Shown: positions 9,429 through 21,005, counted from the first letter of the stretch. The stretch is 64,000 nt of DNA from an uncultured Prochlorococcus sp. (GCA_902518475.1 CABYGI010000004.1:17303-81302), one strand, 5' to 3'. A program made the numbers and translations. Notes: a model not told the origin generated them from the letters alone.

Positions 9429-10082
9429 TTAGTTAATTGGAGAAATAGGGTAAAGTGGCATTACTTTTTTCCATGAATTTGCATTTCTGTTTAGAAGATT
9501 TTTATTTGCTAAATCTAACAATTCTCTTAAATCTTTTTCATCATTATATTTAGCCTCAATAAAAAGTTCTTTACTCTCTAATTCTTTAACAACTTTTGGT
9601 ATAACTTTTTCTCGAATGACTAAATCCGCATTATTTGCTTTGTCATTAGAAATCTCATACTTACCTGCAATAAATCCTTTTCGTTTTAATTTTTTGTAAA
9701 TCCAAAATGATTGTTTGTTTGTAAAAATATTATTTTCTGAAGCAATTCTTTTTGCCATTAATTCAAATGAAGTAAAGCTGTCTAAAGGGCAATTTATCTG
9801 TTGTGAGATTGTTCTTGCTAAAACTACAATAAGTCTTGAGGCATTAAAATTTGCAGGCCCAATGCTGACTGATATCTTTTTAACTTTTTTTAAATTTTCT
9901 TTGGAAATGAATTTGTCAAATTCAACAATTAAGTTGTTACACAAGTCATTATCAAATTCTTTAAAAAATAATTTATCAGATTCCGTATTATTGTTTTTTC
10001 TGTATCCAAAGCAAAATGAATTGTCTGTACTATGTATTCCTAAAGTAGGGTAGTTCAGTCTTTGCTTGAGATTATCTGTCAT
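9429..10082 (-). CDS. tsaB: Diverged TsaB/YeaZ-like t6A biosynthesis protein
   Basis: LGIHST N-terminal strand, SIGPANFNASR (canonical GPGSFTGxR), C-terminal PLYP. Confidence 0.6.
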   Translation of the reverse strand: MTDNLKQRLNYPTLGIHSTDNSFCFGYRKNNNTESDKLFFKEFDNDLCNNLIVEFDKFISKENLKKVKKISVSIGPANFNASRLIVVLARTISQQINCPLDSFTSFELMAKRIASENNIFTNKQSFWIYKKLKRKGFIAGKYEISNDKANNADLVIREKVIPKVVKELESKELFIEAKYNDEKDLRELLDLANKNLLNRNANSWKKVMPLYPISPIN

Positions 10083-10091
10083 CTACAAGTT

Positions 10092-10343
10092 TTAAATAGG
10101 TAATTCCATACCTGGATTATATTTAGACCACTTACCAAATTCATATGTAAAACTTTCACAAGATTGAACATCCCAATCAGTTTTATAATCACCATTCTTA
10201 TCCTTGATTATGCTGACGTGAATGAATGGCTTTTTTGCTTTAAAATCAGGTACATCACAAATATTATCAACACCATGATTATTTTCGACTTCATGATAAG
10301 TGATACAACTATCAACCCATTTACAGTTGATGCAAATGCACAT
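10092..10343 (-). CDS. ycf34: Ycf34 small Cys-rich protein
   Basis: MCICINCKWVDSCITYHEVE and WDVQSC. Start set at ATG 10343, which removes the overlap with the divergent gene. Confidence 0.88.
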   Translation of the reverse strand: MCICINCKWVDSCITYHEVENNHGVDNICDVPDFKAKKPFIHVSIIKDKNGDYKTDWDVQSCESFTYEFGKWSKYNPGMELPI

Positions 10344-10357
10344 AACTAAAATTAAAA

Positions 10358-11578
10358 ATGAAAGGAAATCATAAACTAATTGATCATACACTAATTATTG
10401 ATGAATTAGAAAAAAGTATCAAATTTCATAATTGGAATTCTATCTTATCTTTTTTACCTAAAGGTTCATATTTAGTTGGTGGTTATATAAGAGATATTGT
10501 TTTGAAAAGAATAACTGAAGAATTAGATGTTGATATTGTGGTGCCTTTTAATGCTATTGAAATTGGGAAAAGGATTTCAGAGAATATTAAATCTAAATTT
10601 ATAATCTTAGATAAGGAAAGAGAAGTTGTAAGAATCATTTTTAATCACATCTCGATTGATATTGCTAATCAGATTCCCTCCACGATTGAGGACGATCTAA
10701 GTAGTAGGGATTTTTCGATAAATTCAATTGCTTATTTATTTGATAAGAAGCTTTTGTTTGATCCATTGAATGGTCTTAAAGATTTAGAGTGTTCTCTACT
10801 TAAAACTTATTCAGAAATAAACTTGCACAATGATCCGCTACGAATCTTAAGATGTTTTAGGTTTGTTTCAGAATTGAATTTTAAAATTGATCTAAAATTG
10901 GTTGATTTTTTAAAAAACAACAAAGGCAAATTATATCTTGTTGCGAAAGAGAGGATTAATTATGAAATACATAAAATAGTTAATGGAAAAAATGCTCATG
11001 AGGCGATAATTTTGCTAAAAAAATTAAATATATTTGGATCTGATAATTTTTATAAAAATTCTTTTTTTTTGGATTTACAAAGAATTAGCTACACGGAACT
11101 TAATAAGAAAGAAAAAGAGAAATTTTTACCATTATTTTTCATTGCCCAAATTCTAGATGAAAAATCTTTAGCAAAATTTAAATTTAGTAAAACTGAAATT
11201 GCAAAAACTAACTTATTACGAAAATGGCACTTTTTGTTGGAGAAAAAAAATATTGCAGAGTTATCTGAAACCGATCGATTTACATTACATAAAGAATTAG
11301 AAATATTTCTTCCATCTTTTATTTTTTATTTACCTCAAAACTTACGATTGGATTGGCTTCATAGATGGCGTGACAAAGATGATAAATTATTTCACCCTTC
11401 AAACTTACTTAATGGTGATGAACTCAAAAAAAATTTGAAAATAAAGGATGGGCCTATCTTAGGTGAGCTTCTGCAGTATCTTTCTAAAGAACTTGCATAC
11501 AAGAGATTGAATAATTTTGATGAAGCTATTTATAAAGCAGAGCGATGGATTGAACAAAATGCGCCAAAATGTGATTAA
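10358..11578 (+). CDS. Class II tRNA nucleotidyltransferase / poly(A) polymerase family, probably CC-adding type
   Basis: VGGYIRD-DVD, SRDFSIN, DPLRILR, ERI, and a C-terminal LNG-GPxLG segment. Confidence 0.85.
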   Translation: MKGNHKLIDHTLIIDELEKSIKFHNWNSILSFLPKGSYLVGGYIRDIVLKRITEELDVDIVVPFNAIEIGKRISENIKSKFIILDKEREVVRIIFNHISIDIANQIPSTIEDDLSSRDFSINSIAYLFDKKLLFDPLNGLKDLECSLLKTYSEINLHNDPLRILRCFRFVSELNFKIDLKLVDFLKNNKGKLYLVAKERINYEIHKIVNGKNAHEAIILLKKLNIFGSDNFYKNSFFLDLQRISYTELNKKEKEKFLPLFFIAQILDEKSLAKFKFSKTEIAKTNLLRKWHFLLEKKNIAELSETDRFTLHKELEIFLPSFIFYLPQNLRLDWLHRWRDKDDKLFHPSNLLNGDELKKNLKIKDGPILGELLQYLSKELAYKRLNNFDEAIYKAERWIEQNAPKCD

Positions 11579-11637
11579 ATACACATAGCTTAGTTTTGTT
11601 TAGAAGTTCAGACTTCAAAATCATTTTAAAAAAATTT

Positions 11638-12057
11638 ATGAGCATTCGCATCTACATTGGCAACTTACCACAAGGATTTAATCCAAAAGAATTTGATACA
11701 CTTATAAAGTCAGTTTCTGATTCGATTAGATTCAAAGCAGTTCTAGATAAGGAAACTAAGGAATGCAGGGGGTTTGGTTTCGCGACAACTAATAATGAAG
11801 ATAATGCTAATTTATTAATTCAAAAGTTAAATGGCTTTGAGTTTAATGGTTCTAAATTAAGAGTAGAGCTATCAGAAAAGAAAGATTCTGCTTCAAACAA
11901 AAAAAATAGTGGAAAATTAAACAAAAATAAGAAGAGAAAAGACTTTAAAAAAATTGTTCACAGTGATGCTCCTAACCTTGAGGCTCCTGATCCAAGATGG
12001 GCTGGAGAACTTTCTAAATTAAAAGATTTGTTGGCTAATCAAAAAACGCCTGCTTAG
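11638..12057 (+). CDS. RRM RNA-binding protein (Rbp3-like)
   Basis: RNP2 IYIGNL, RNP1 RGFGF, C-terminal PDPRWA. Start set at ATG 11638. Confidence 0.9.
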   Translation: MSIRIYIGNLPQGFNPKEFDTLIKSVSDSIRFKAVLDKETKECRGFGFATTNNEDNANLLIQKLNGFEFNGSKLRVELSEKKDSASNKKNSGKLNKNKKRKDFKKIVHSDAPNLEAPDPRWAGELSKLKDLLANQKTPA

Positions 12058-12966
12058 TTATTTAATTCGAGAAATTAAAAAAGAAATAGGAATCTCAAGA
12101 GCTTTTACTGAATTTTTTACAAAGGCTCTATTATTAAAAACATCATAATCTAATCTCTCTATAGAATCTAATATTCCTCTGTAAAGACGTAAAGACGTCC
12201 ATACTGGCCATCTCGCGTCAGAAGATAGCCACTTAATACCATCCTCAGACTTTTGGAACCATTCACGAGCCCTAGTCAATTGAAAGTTCATAAGTGCTTT
12301 CCACTGCTTGTTTATTTTCCCTTTTAAAAGATCTTCTTCCGAATAATTAAATTTTTCAATATCCGCTTGCGGGAGATAAATTCTTCCTCTGTGTCTATCT
12401 TCTCCCACATCCCTCAATATATTCGTTAACTGATTTGCAATTCCTAGTGCTATAGCTGCTTCAGAGGGGTCAGGCATAGCACTCCATGGAGCTGATGTAT
12501 AAGCACTGTCAATTCCCATTACATTCTGAGTCATTAAACCAACAGTTCCTGCAACTCTATAACAATAAAGTTTTAATTCATCAAAATCCTTGTACCTAAA
12601 TTTATTCAAATCCATTCTCTGGCCATCTATCATATCTAGATAGGGTTGAATACTTTGTGGATATTTCTGGATGGTATCAAATAAAACTGAGTCTAGTTCA
12701 GATTTAATATTCCCTTTAAATACATTTTTAGTATTTTCTTCCCATTCATCTAGATTATCTGAAAGCTCATCTTGCGATTTAGTTGAGGCTTCTTCGCTAT
12801 CCATTATTTCATCTGTTCTTCTACACCATACATAGATAGCCCAAATAGCTTTTCTTTTTGCTTGAGGTAAAAGAAGAGTTCCCAAATAAAAGGTTTTGGC
12901 CCATCTTTGAGTTTCTTTTCGGCATATCTCGTATGCTTGATCAAGTTGAGAAATGGAATTTTTCAA
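12058..12966 (-). CDS. crtB: Phytoene synthase
   Basis: AKTFY, CRRTDE, YCYRVAGTVG, NQLTNILRDVGED. Confidence 0.96.
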   Translation of the reverse strand: MKNSISQLDQAYEICRKETQRWAKTFYLGTLLLPQAKRKAIWAIYVWCRRTDEIMDSEEASTKSQDELSDNLDEWEENTKNVFKGNIKSELDSVLFDTIQKYPQSIQPYLDMIDGQRMDLNKFRYKDFDELKLYCYRVAGTVGLMTQNVMGIDSAYTSAPWSAMPDPSEAAIALGIANQLTNILRDVGEDRHRGRIYLPQADIEKFNYSEEDLLKGKINKQWKALMNFQLTRAREWFQKSEDGIKWLSSDARWPVWTSLRLYRGILDSIERLDYDVFNNRAFVKNSVKALEIPISFLISRIK

Positions 12967-13002
12967 AAAGTTTTAGCTGAATTAAGAATTTTGTAAATGT
13001 TT

Positions 13003-14442
<1,440 letters not shown>

Positions 14443-14490
14443 TTAAAGTTAGAACATATTAGTTTTTTTCGTTGATTATTTCGTAAAATT

Positions 14491-14838
14491 ATGGAAAAGA
14501 TGCTTTTAAAATCGACAACTAGGCATGTAAGAATTTTTACTGCCGAAGTGGTAGATGAAGAATTAAAGTTTCATCCCAACAAACTAACTCTTGATTTAGA
14601 TCCCGATAACGAATTTATTTGGAACGAAGATTCCATAAACAGAGTAAATGAAAAATTCAATGAATTAATAAAAGATAGAGCAGGGAAGGATTTAGATGAT
14701 TATGAACTTCGAAAAATAGGATCAGAAATCGAAGGTTTAATTAAGTTTTTGCTTCAAAATGGTCAGCTCAGTTATAACCCTGATTGTAGAGCAATGAATT
14801 ATTCGATGGGTTTACCAAAGACTAATGAAGTACTGTGA
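14491..14838 (+). CDS. ndhM: NDH-1 subunit M
   Basis: [31 protein letters not shown]. The start could also be 14500. Confidence 0.92.
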   Translation: MEKMLLKSTTRHVRIFTAEVVDEELKFHPNKLTLDLDPDNEFIWNEDSINRVNEKFNELIKDRAGKDLDDYELRKIGSEIEGLIKFLLQNGQLSYNPDCRAMNYSMGLPKTNEVL

Positions 14839-15458
14839 ATAGACCACCATCAAATAGAGGGCCAAGAAGAGGCTCAAATAGAAGTTATTATCCACCAAAT
14901 CCAAGGGACATGGATTCTTATGGTCAAAGAAGCAATAGATTGCCTGCTTCTTCTGAACAAAAGATCAACTTTAATACAGGAACCATTGCTGTTCTTGCGG
15001 GAGTATTAATTCTAGGAGTTGGTATTGGGAGCGCGATTACAAGCACAACTGATGGAGGACAGGGTAATATAGCGAGTCAACAACAATTAGATATGGCTGT
15101 TCCAGACCCTGAATTTTGCAGACAATGGGGTGCAAGCGCCTTTGTTATTGATGTTGAAATGTATACAACTTTAAATCCATCCACTAGTTTTGTAACGCAA
15201 CCAGCTCTCCAGCCAGGTTGTGTAATAAGAAGAGAAAATTGGACAGTGTTACAAAAACAAGGAGCGATTAGTAATGAAGATGTAAGAGAATGCAAGCAAA
15301 GAATGAATACTTTTGCTTATATTGGATCTATTCGAGATAAACCCATAGTAAAATGTGTTTATCAAACTGATGTCAATGAAAATAAGTTCATAATCAAAGG
15401 AGACGGACAAGCAGAAGATGGAGGAGTAGGTATTAATAAAGAAGCAGTTCAGTTCTAA
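14835..15458 (+). CDS. Conserved cyanobacterial membrane-anchored protein (DUF3172-like)
   Basis: Disordered N-terminus, one TM helix, PDPEFCxQWGASA, four Cys; GTGA overlap with ndhM. Confidence 0.75.
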   Translation: MNRPPSNRGPRRGSNRSYYPPNPRDMDSYGQRSNRLPASSEQKINFNTGTIAVLAGVLILGVGIGSAITSTTDGGQGNIASQQQLDMAVPDPEFCRQWGASAFVIDVEMYTTLNPSTSFVTQPALQPGCVIRRENWTVLQKQGAISNEDVRECKQRMNTFAYIGSIRDKPIVKCVYQTDVNENKFIIKGDGQAEDGGVGINKEAVQF

Positions 15459-16409
15459 TCAAATTAACATTTGCTTTAAAGGGCTTTCTAAACTAGCGAA
15501 TTGAGGCAGAATATTTTTCTTGAATACTTCTGATGCTCTTGAGGTATATCTTGATGGATTAGTAATCAATTTAAGTTCTCTTTTAACCTCTAAGTCAGCA
15601 ACAAATGCTTTATGGATTGTTCCAGCAGCAAGTTCTCTTTCAATTGAAACAACTGGCAAAAACGAGGCACCTAGTCCTGATTGCACTGCATTCTTGATAG
15701 CTTCAAGAGAGTTAAGTTCCATCTCTATTTTTAATCTTTGAACGTCAAGTCCAGAATCTTGAAGAAGTTTGTCAACAACTTTTCTTGTCGTAGATTGAGA
15801 ATCTAATTTTACGAAATTTAATTTATATAAGTCTTCTTTTAAAAGTTCTTTTTTGTTTGAGAGTGGGTGTGAAGAGGGTAAAACTAGTGCTAATTCATCT
15901 GTTGCATATGGAATTACTTGCAACAAATTTTCTAAATCACCAGGTAATTGTCCTCCAATAATAGCTAAGTCAATTTGTCCGTTGGCGACACTCCAGCCAG
16001 TTCTTCTGGTGCTATGAACTTGAAGTTGAACAGATACATCAGGATATTTTTGTCTAAAAAGTCCTATCATTCTCGGCATTAAATAGGTACCCGTTGTTTG
16101 GCTCGCTCCAATGACAAGAGTCCCACCTTTTAAGCTATTTAAATCTTCAATAGCTTTGCAAGCTTCGTCGCATTGATTCAAAATTCGTTCACAATATTCA
16201 AGTAATAGTCTCCCTGCCTCAGTTAGTAGTGCCTTCCTACCACCTCTGTCGAAAATTGTAATTTCAAGTTGTTTTTCTAAATTTTGTATTTGTAAACTCA
16301 CTGCAGGTTGAGTTACATATAAGAGATCTGCAGCTTTTTTAAAACTTCCTTGAGCTGCTATAGCTTTTAATATTCTTAATTGGTCGAGTGTAAAAGGTAA
16401 TTCTGGCAT
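15459..16409 (-). CDS. rbcR: LysR-family regulator RbcR/Ycf30
   Basis: [16 protein letters not shown]-terminus and [12 protein letters not shown]. Confidence 0.9.
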   Translation of the reverse strand: MPELPFTLDQLRILKAIAAQGSFKKAADLLYVTQPAVSLQIQNLEKQLEITIFDRGGRKALLTEAGRLLLEYCERILNQCDEACKAIEDLNSLKGGTLVIGASQTTGTYLMPRMIGLFRQKYPDVSVQLQVHSTRRTGWSVANGQIDLAIIGGQLPGDLENLLQVIPYATDELALVLPSSHPLSNKKELLKEDLYKLNFVKLDSQSTTRKVVDKLLQDSGLDVQRLKIEMELNSLEAIKNAVQSGLGASFLPVVSIERELAAGTIHKAFVADLEVKRELKLITNPSRYTSRASEVFKKNILPQFASLESPLKQMLI

Positions 16410-16441
16410 CTACTATTATGCCTACAATTTCTTATAATTCT

Positions 16442-16468
16442 AATGCTTAGGAGCATTCTTGTTAAGAA
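16442..16468. promoter_or_regulatory. Two abutting inverted repeats in the rbcR / nnrU-like divergent spacer, including a T-N11-A LysR-type box
   Basis: AATGCT-tagg-AGCATT at 16442-16457 and TTCTT-gtt-AAGAA at 16456-16468. Confidence 0.4.
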
Positions 16469-16495
16469 CAAAAATTATTTGAACAATTTAAATAT

Positions 16496-17224
16496 ATGGA
16501 GACTCATAAAACTTCCCTAATCATCTTACTTTTGATTTTGATTTTTGCGGTAATTCATAGTGGGGGAGCTGCTTTAAGAATTAAAGCAGAATCTATTATG
16601 GGTCCGAGATTATGGCGTTTATGTTTTGTTTTTTTTAGTTTGCCATCTGCAATTATCTTGATTAGTTATTTTTTGGCTCATAGATATGACGGAATCAGAT
16701 TATGGAATTTACAGGGCAATAATTTTGTTTTTATGGTCGTTTGGTTTTTAACTGCAATAAGTTTTTTATTTTTATATCCCGCTACTTACAATTTGCTAGA
16801 AATTCCATCGGTTTTAAAACCTAAAGTACGAATCTATGGAACTGGGATAATGCGAATCACGAGACATCCACAAGCATTTGGTCAGATAATTTGGTGTTTT
16901 GCTCATACTCTATGGATTGGTACTTCATTCACATTAGTAACTTCTCTTGGCTTAGTTTTGCATCATCTTTTTGCAATCTGGCATGGAGATAAGAGATTAG
17001 CAAATAGATTTGGAGGAGAGTTTGAAAAGTTTAGAAAAAGTACTTCTATAATCCCTTTTATGGCAATACTTGAAGGAAGGCAAGAATTTAAAATTAAAGA
17101 ATTTTTTAAGTTATCTCAAATTGGCATATTGATTGCAATAGGTGTGCTTTGGTGGTCCCATCAGTATATAAATATTGCCGTTAAAACATTTAATTCATCA
17201 TTTTTGTCGGAATTTTTCAATTGA
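16496..17224 (+). CDS. NnrU-family membrane protein, probable 15-cis-zeta-carotene isomerase (Z-ISO)
   Basis: IHSG, HRYDG, FLYPATYNLLE, GIMRITRHPQ, WCFAH and GDKRLA match the plant Z-ISO pattern. Confidence 0.82.
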   Translation: METHKTSLIILLLILIFAVIHSGGAALRIKAESIMGPRLWRLCFVFFSLPSAIILISYFLAHRYDGIRLWNLQGNNFVFMVVWFLTAISFLFLYPATYNLLEIPSVLKPKVRIYGTGIMRITRHPQAFGQIIWCFAHTLWIGTSFTLVTSLGLVLHHLFAIWHGDKRLANRFGGEFEKFRKSTSIIPFMAILEGRQEFKIKEFFKLSQIGILIAIGVLWWSHQYINIAVKTFNSSFLSEFFN

Positions 17225-17257
17225 CAGTTTAAAATCAAACTATAAGTTTTTTAGAAC

Positions 17258-19279
17258 ATGCCTCAAGCTTCAGAAATTGCCTGGTTAATTCCTGTTTTCC
17301 CACTTATTGGAGCAGTGCTTTCTGGTTTAGGCCTAATAAGTATTAACAAGAAAATTAATAATTCCAGAGAAATTGTTTCTGTAGGTCTTATTTCGTTTGT
17401 TGGAATTTCTGCCGTTATTAGTTACAAAGCTCTTGTTGAACAAATTAATGGTTATCAATCTGTAGAAAAATTATTTGTATGGGCTAGTGCTGGGGATTTT
17501 ACAATCCCGATGGGTTTTGTCCTTGATCCTTTGGGGAGTGTAATGCTTGCGCTTGTAACGACTATAACTTTGTTGGTAATGATCTACTCTCATGGTTATA
17601 TGGCGCATGACAAAGGTTATGTCAGATTTTTTACATATTTAGCATTATTTAGTAGTTCAATGATGGGATTAATAGTTAGTCCGAATTTATTAGAAATTTA
17701 TGTTTTTTGGGAATTAGTTGGGATGTGTTCTTACTTGTTGGTTGGTTTTTGGTATGACAGGGATGGCGCTGCCCATGCTGCCCAAAAAGCATTTGTTGTT
17801 AATAGAGTGGGAGATTTTGGATTATTACTAGGAATTCTTGGCCTATTTTGGGCAACAAATAGTTTTGATTTTAATGAAATAGCAACTGGAATTTCTCAAT
17901 CAATATCTGATAATTCGATACCTATTTGGGCTGCTTTACTGCTTTGTTTTTTAGTTTTTTTAGGGCCAATGGCAAAATCTGCTCAGTTTCCTCTTCATGT
18001 GTGGTTGCCTGATGCGATGGAAGGCCCGACACCTATTTCTGCACTTATCCATGCCGCAACAATGGTTGCTGCAGGAATATTTCTTGTAGCAAGACTCCAA
18101 CCTTTGTACTCAATATTCCCCTCTATTCAGTTCATTATTGCTTTAGTAGGCACAATTACTTGTTTTTTAGGAGCCTCAATAGCTTTAACCCAAATGGATT
18201 TAAAAAAAGGTTTAGCTTACAGCACAGTTTCTCAGCTTGGATATATGATGCTTGCAATGGGTTGTGGAGCGCCAGTAGCAGGAATTTTTCATTTAGTGAC
18301 TCATGCTTGCTTTAAAGCAATGCTATTTTTGGGATCTGGTTCTGTAATACATGCTATGGAAGAAGTAGTTGGCCATCAGCCTGTATTAGCTCAAGATATG
18401 AGATTAATGGGTGGTTTAAGAAAAAAAATGCCATATACATCAACAACATTTTTAATAGGTTGCGTAGCAATTAGTGGTATTCCACCATTGGCAGGTTTTT
18501 GGAGTAAAGATGAGATACTCGGAAATGCTTTTATATCATTTCCAGCTTTTTGGTTTATAGGACTGCTAACAGCTGGTATGACTGCTTTTTATATGTTTAG
18601 GCTTTATTTCTTGACATTTGAGGGAGATTTCAGAGGAGAGAATAAAGAATTGCAAAAAGAGCTTCTAATAGCCTCTAAAACAAACCAAGATGAAGAAAAT
18701 GAAGAACTGCATGAAGAACATGGCTTTATTCATGAGTCGCCCTGGTCAATGACATTTCCCTTGGTATTTCTAGCTGTACCGTCTCTAATTATCGGTTTTA
18801 TGGGACTTCCATGGGATAGTAAAATTGCAAATCTACTAGATCCTGAAGAAGCAGAGATTGCTGCAAAAGCTTTCGAATTAAAAGAATTTTTGCCTTTAGC
18901 GATAGCTTCAGTTGTTATTGCATCAGCTGGAATCATTATTGCTTATCAGGCATATTTTGTGAAAAAAATTAATTTATCAGTTTTATTTGCAGAGAAGTTT
19001 CCTAGTATCAACAGATTTTTATCCAATAAATGGTATCTAGATGATATTAATGAAAAACTTTTTGTTAAGGGTAGTAGAAAACTTGCTAAAGAAGTCTTAG
19101 AGGTTGATTCTAAGGTTGTTGATGGCGTCGTAAATCTTACTGGACTTGTAACTTTAGGTAGTGGAGAAGGTTTAAAATATTTTGAGACTGGTAGGGCACA
19201 ATTCTACGCGCTTATTGTTTTTGGAGGAGTAATTCTACTAGTTGCCATATTTGGTATTCAATCTCCTCAAGTTTCTTAA
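17258..19279 (+). CDS. ndhF: NDH-1 subunit 5 (NdhF1)
   Basis: AKSAQFPLHVWLPDAMEGPTPISALIHAATMV. Confidence 0.96.
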   Translation: MPQASEIAWLIPVFPLIGAVLSGLGLISINKKINNSREIVSVGLISFVGISAVISYKALVEQINGYQSVEKLFVWASAGDFTIPMGFVLDPLGSVMLALVTTITLLVMIYSHGYMAHDKGYVRFFTYLALFSSSMMGLIVSPNLLEIYVFWELVGMCSYLLVGFWYDRDGAAHAAQKAFVVNRVGDFGLLLGILGLFWATNSFDFNEIATGISQSISDNSIPIWAALLLCFLVFLGPMAKSAQFPLHVWLPDAMEGPTPISALIHAATMVAAGIFLVARLQPLYSIFPSIQFIIALVGTITCFLGASIALTQMDLKKGLAYSTVSQLGYMMLAMGCGAPVAGIFHLVTHACFKAMLFLGSGSVIHAMEEVVGHQPVLAQDMRLMGGLRKKMPYTSTTFLIGCVAISGIPPLAGFWSKDEILGNAFISFPAFWFIGLLTAGMTAFYMFRLYFLTFEGDFRGENKELQKELLIASKTNQDEENEELHEEHGFIHESPWSMTFPLVFLAVPSLIIGFMGLPWDSKIANLLDPEEAEIAAKAFELKEFLPLAIASVVIASAGIIIAYQAYFVKKINLSVLFAEKFPSINRFLSNKWYLDDINEKLFVKGSRKLAKEVLEVDSKVVDGVVNLTGLVTLGSGEGLKYFETGRAQFYALIVFGGVILLVAIFGIQSPQVS

Positions 19280-19400
19280 TTACAATTGTGTGTCTTCACT
19301 GTCCATTGGGGTGAAAAAATACAGAAAATTTCTAGACTTTGTTTAAGATAAATTTCTTATTAAATTGAGTACCTTTTTTTATACACATTTTGCGACACAA

Positions 19401-21005
19401 ATGTTGGGAACTTTGGGAGCTGGATTGTCTAATTTCCCTTGGCTATCTGCTTCAATTTTATTCCCAATTGCTAGTGCATTTGTGATACCTTTTTTCCCAG
19501 ATAAAGGAGATGGGAAAGAGGTTAGATGGTTTGCATTATCAATTGCATTAATAACTTTTTTAATAACTGTAGGTTCATACATTAATGGTTTTGATATTAA
19601 TAATGAAAATGTTCAACTTAAAGAAAATATTAGTTGGCTACCTGATTTAGGTCTTACCTGGTCTGTTGGTGCTGATGGAATGTCAATGCCGTTAATATTA
19701 TTAACTAGTTTTATAACTGCTTTAGCAGTTTTAGCAGCATGGCCTGTAAAGTTCAAACCAAAGTTATTTTTCTTTTTGATATTGGTGATGGATGGTGGGC
19801 AAATAGCCGTATTTGCAGTTCAAGATATGCTTTTATTCTTTCTTACTTGGGAACTTGAGTTAATTCCCGTTTATTTATTACTGGCTATATGGGGTGGCAA
19901 AAATCGACAATATGCAGCAACAAAATTCATTATTTATACAGCTGGCAGTTCTATATTTATTCTTCTGGCAGCGTTAGCAATGGGTTTCTATGGTACAGAA
20001 ATTCCTAACTTTGAGTTTTCTCACTTGGCAGCTCAAGATTTTAGTCAAAAATTCCAAATATTATGTTATGTAGGGCTTCTAATTGCATTTGGAGTGAAAC
20101 TACCAATAGTTCCTCTTCATACTTGGCTTCCAGATGCTCATGGAGAGGCTACAGCTCCTGTTCATATGCTTCTAGCAGGAATTTTATTAAAGATGGGAGG
20201 ATACGCTCTTTTAAGATTTAATGCACAGTTATTACCCGTTGCTCATGCTCAATTTGCCCCATTATTAATAGTTTTAGGGGTAGTCAATATAATTTATGCT
20301 GCATTAACTTCTTTTGCTCAAAGAAATCTTAAGAGAAAAATTGCATACAGTTCGATAAGTCATATGGGTTTCGTTCTTATTGGGATAGGTAGTTTTAGTA
20401 GCCTTGGAACAAGCGGAGCTATGTTGCAAATGGTTAGTCATGGATTAATTGGTGCAAGTTTATTTTTTCTAGTTGGCGCTACTTATGACAGAACAAAGAC
20501 TCTTAAACTTGATGAAATGAGTGGTGTAGGACAAAAAATGAGAATAATGTTTGCCTTATGGACTGCTTGCTCTTTAGCTTCCCTGGCTTTACCAGGTATG
20601 AGTGGATTTGTTTCAGAATTGATGGTATTTACAGGCTTTGTTACTGATGAAGTTTATACCCTGCCTTTTAGGGTAGTAATGGCCTCTTTAGCTGCTATCG
20701 GTGTAATACTGACTCCTATTTATCTGCTTTCAATGTTAAGAGAAATTTTCTTTGGTAAAGAAAATCCTCAATTAATCGAAGAACGAAAACTTATCGATGC
20801 AGAGCCAAGAGAAGTTTATATTATTGCTTGTTTACTTTTACCAATTATTGGAATAGGTTTGTACCCAAGATTAGTTACTGAAAGTTATATTGCATCTATA
20901 AATAATTTGGTTGACAGAGATTTAACTGCAGTTAAAGGTGGTGTGAAAACAAATATTTTTTCAGGAACTAAAAAAAATAATATCCTTAAAGCTCCTACAA
21001 TATAA
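19401..21005 (+). CDS. ndhD: NDH-1 subunit 4 (NdhD1)
   Basis: [13 protein letters not shown] and LLKMGGY. The start is ATG 19401 or TTG 19365. Confidence 0.95.
   Translation: MLGTLGAGLSNFPWLSASILFPIASAFVIPFFPDKGDGKEVRWFALSIALITFLITVGSYINGFDINNENVQLKENISWLPDLGLTWSVGADGMSMPLILLTSFITALAVLAAWPVKFKPKLFFFLILVMDGGQIAVFAVQDMLLFFLTWELELIPVYLLLAIWGGKNRQYAATKFIIYTAGSSIFILLAALAMGFYGTEIPNFEFSHLAAQDFSQKFQILCYVGLLIAFGVKLPIVPLHTWLPDAHGEATAPVHMLLAGILLKMGGYALLRFNAQLLPVAHAQFAPLLIVLGVVNIIYAALTSFAQRNLKRKIAYSSISHMGFVLIGIGSFSSLGTSGAMLQMVSHGLIGASLFFLVGATYDRTKTLKLDEMSGVGQKMRIMFALWTACSLASLALPGMSGFVSELMVFTGFVTDEVYTLPFRVVMASLAAIGVILTPIYLLSMLREIFFGKENPQLIEERKLIDAEPREVYIIACLLLPIIGIGLYPRLVTESYIASINNLVDRDLTAVKGGVKTNIFSGTKKNNILKAPTI

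Noticed and set aside
17221-17246. TTGACA and TATAAG upstream of ndhF as a sigma70 promoter
   Set aside because: The spacer is 14 bp rather than 16-18, and TTGACA overlaps the upstream stop codon.
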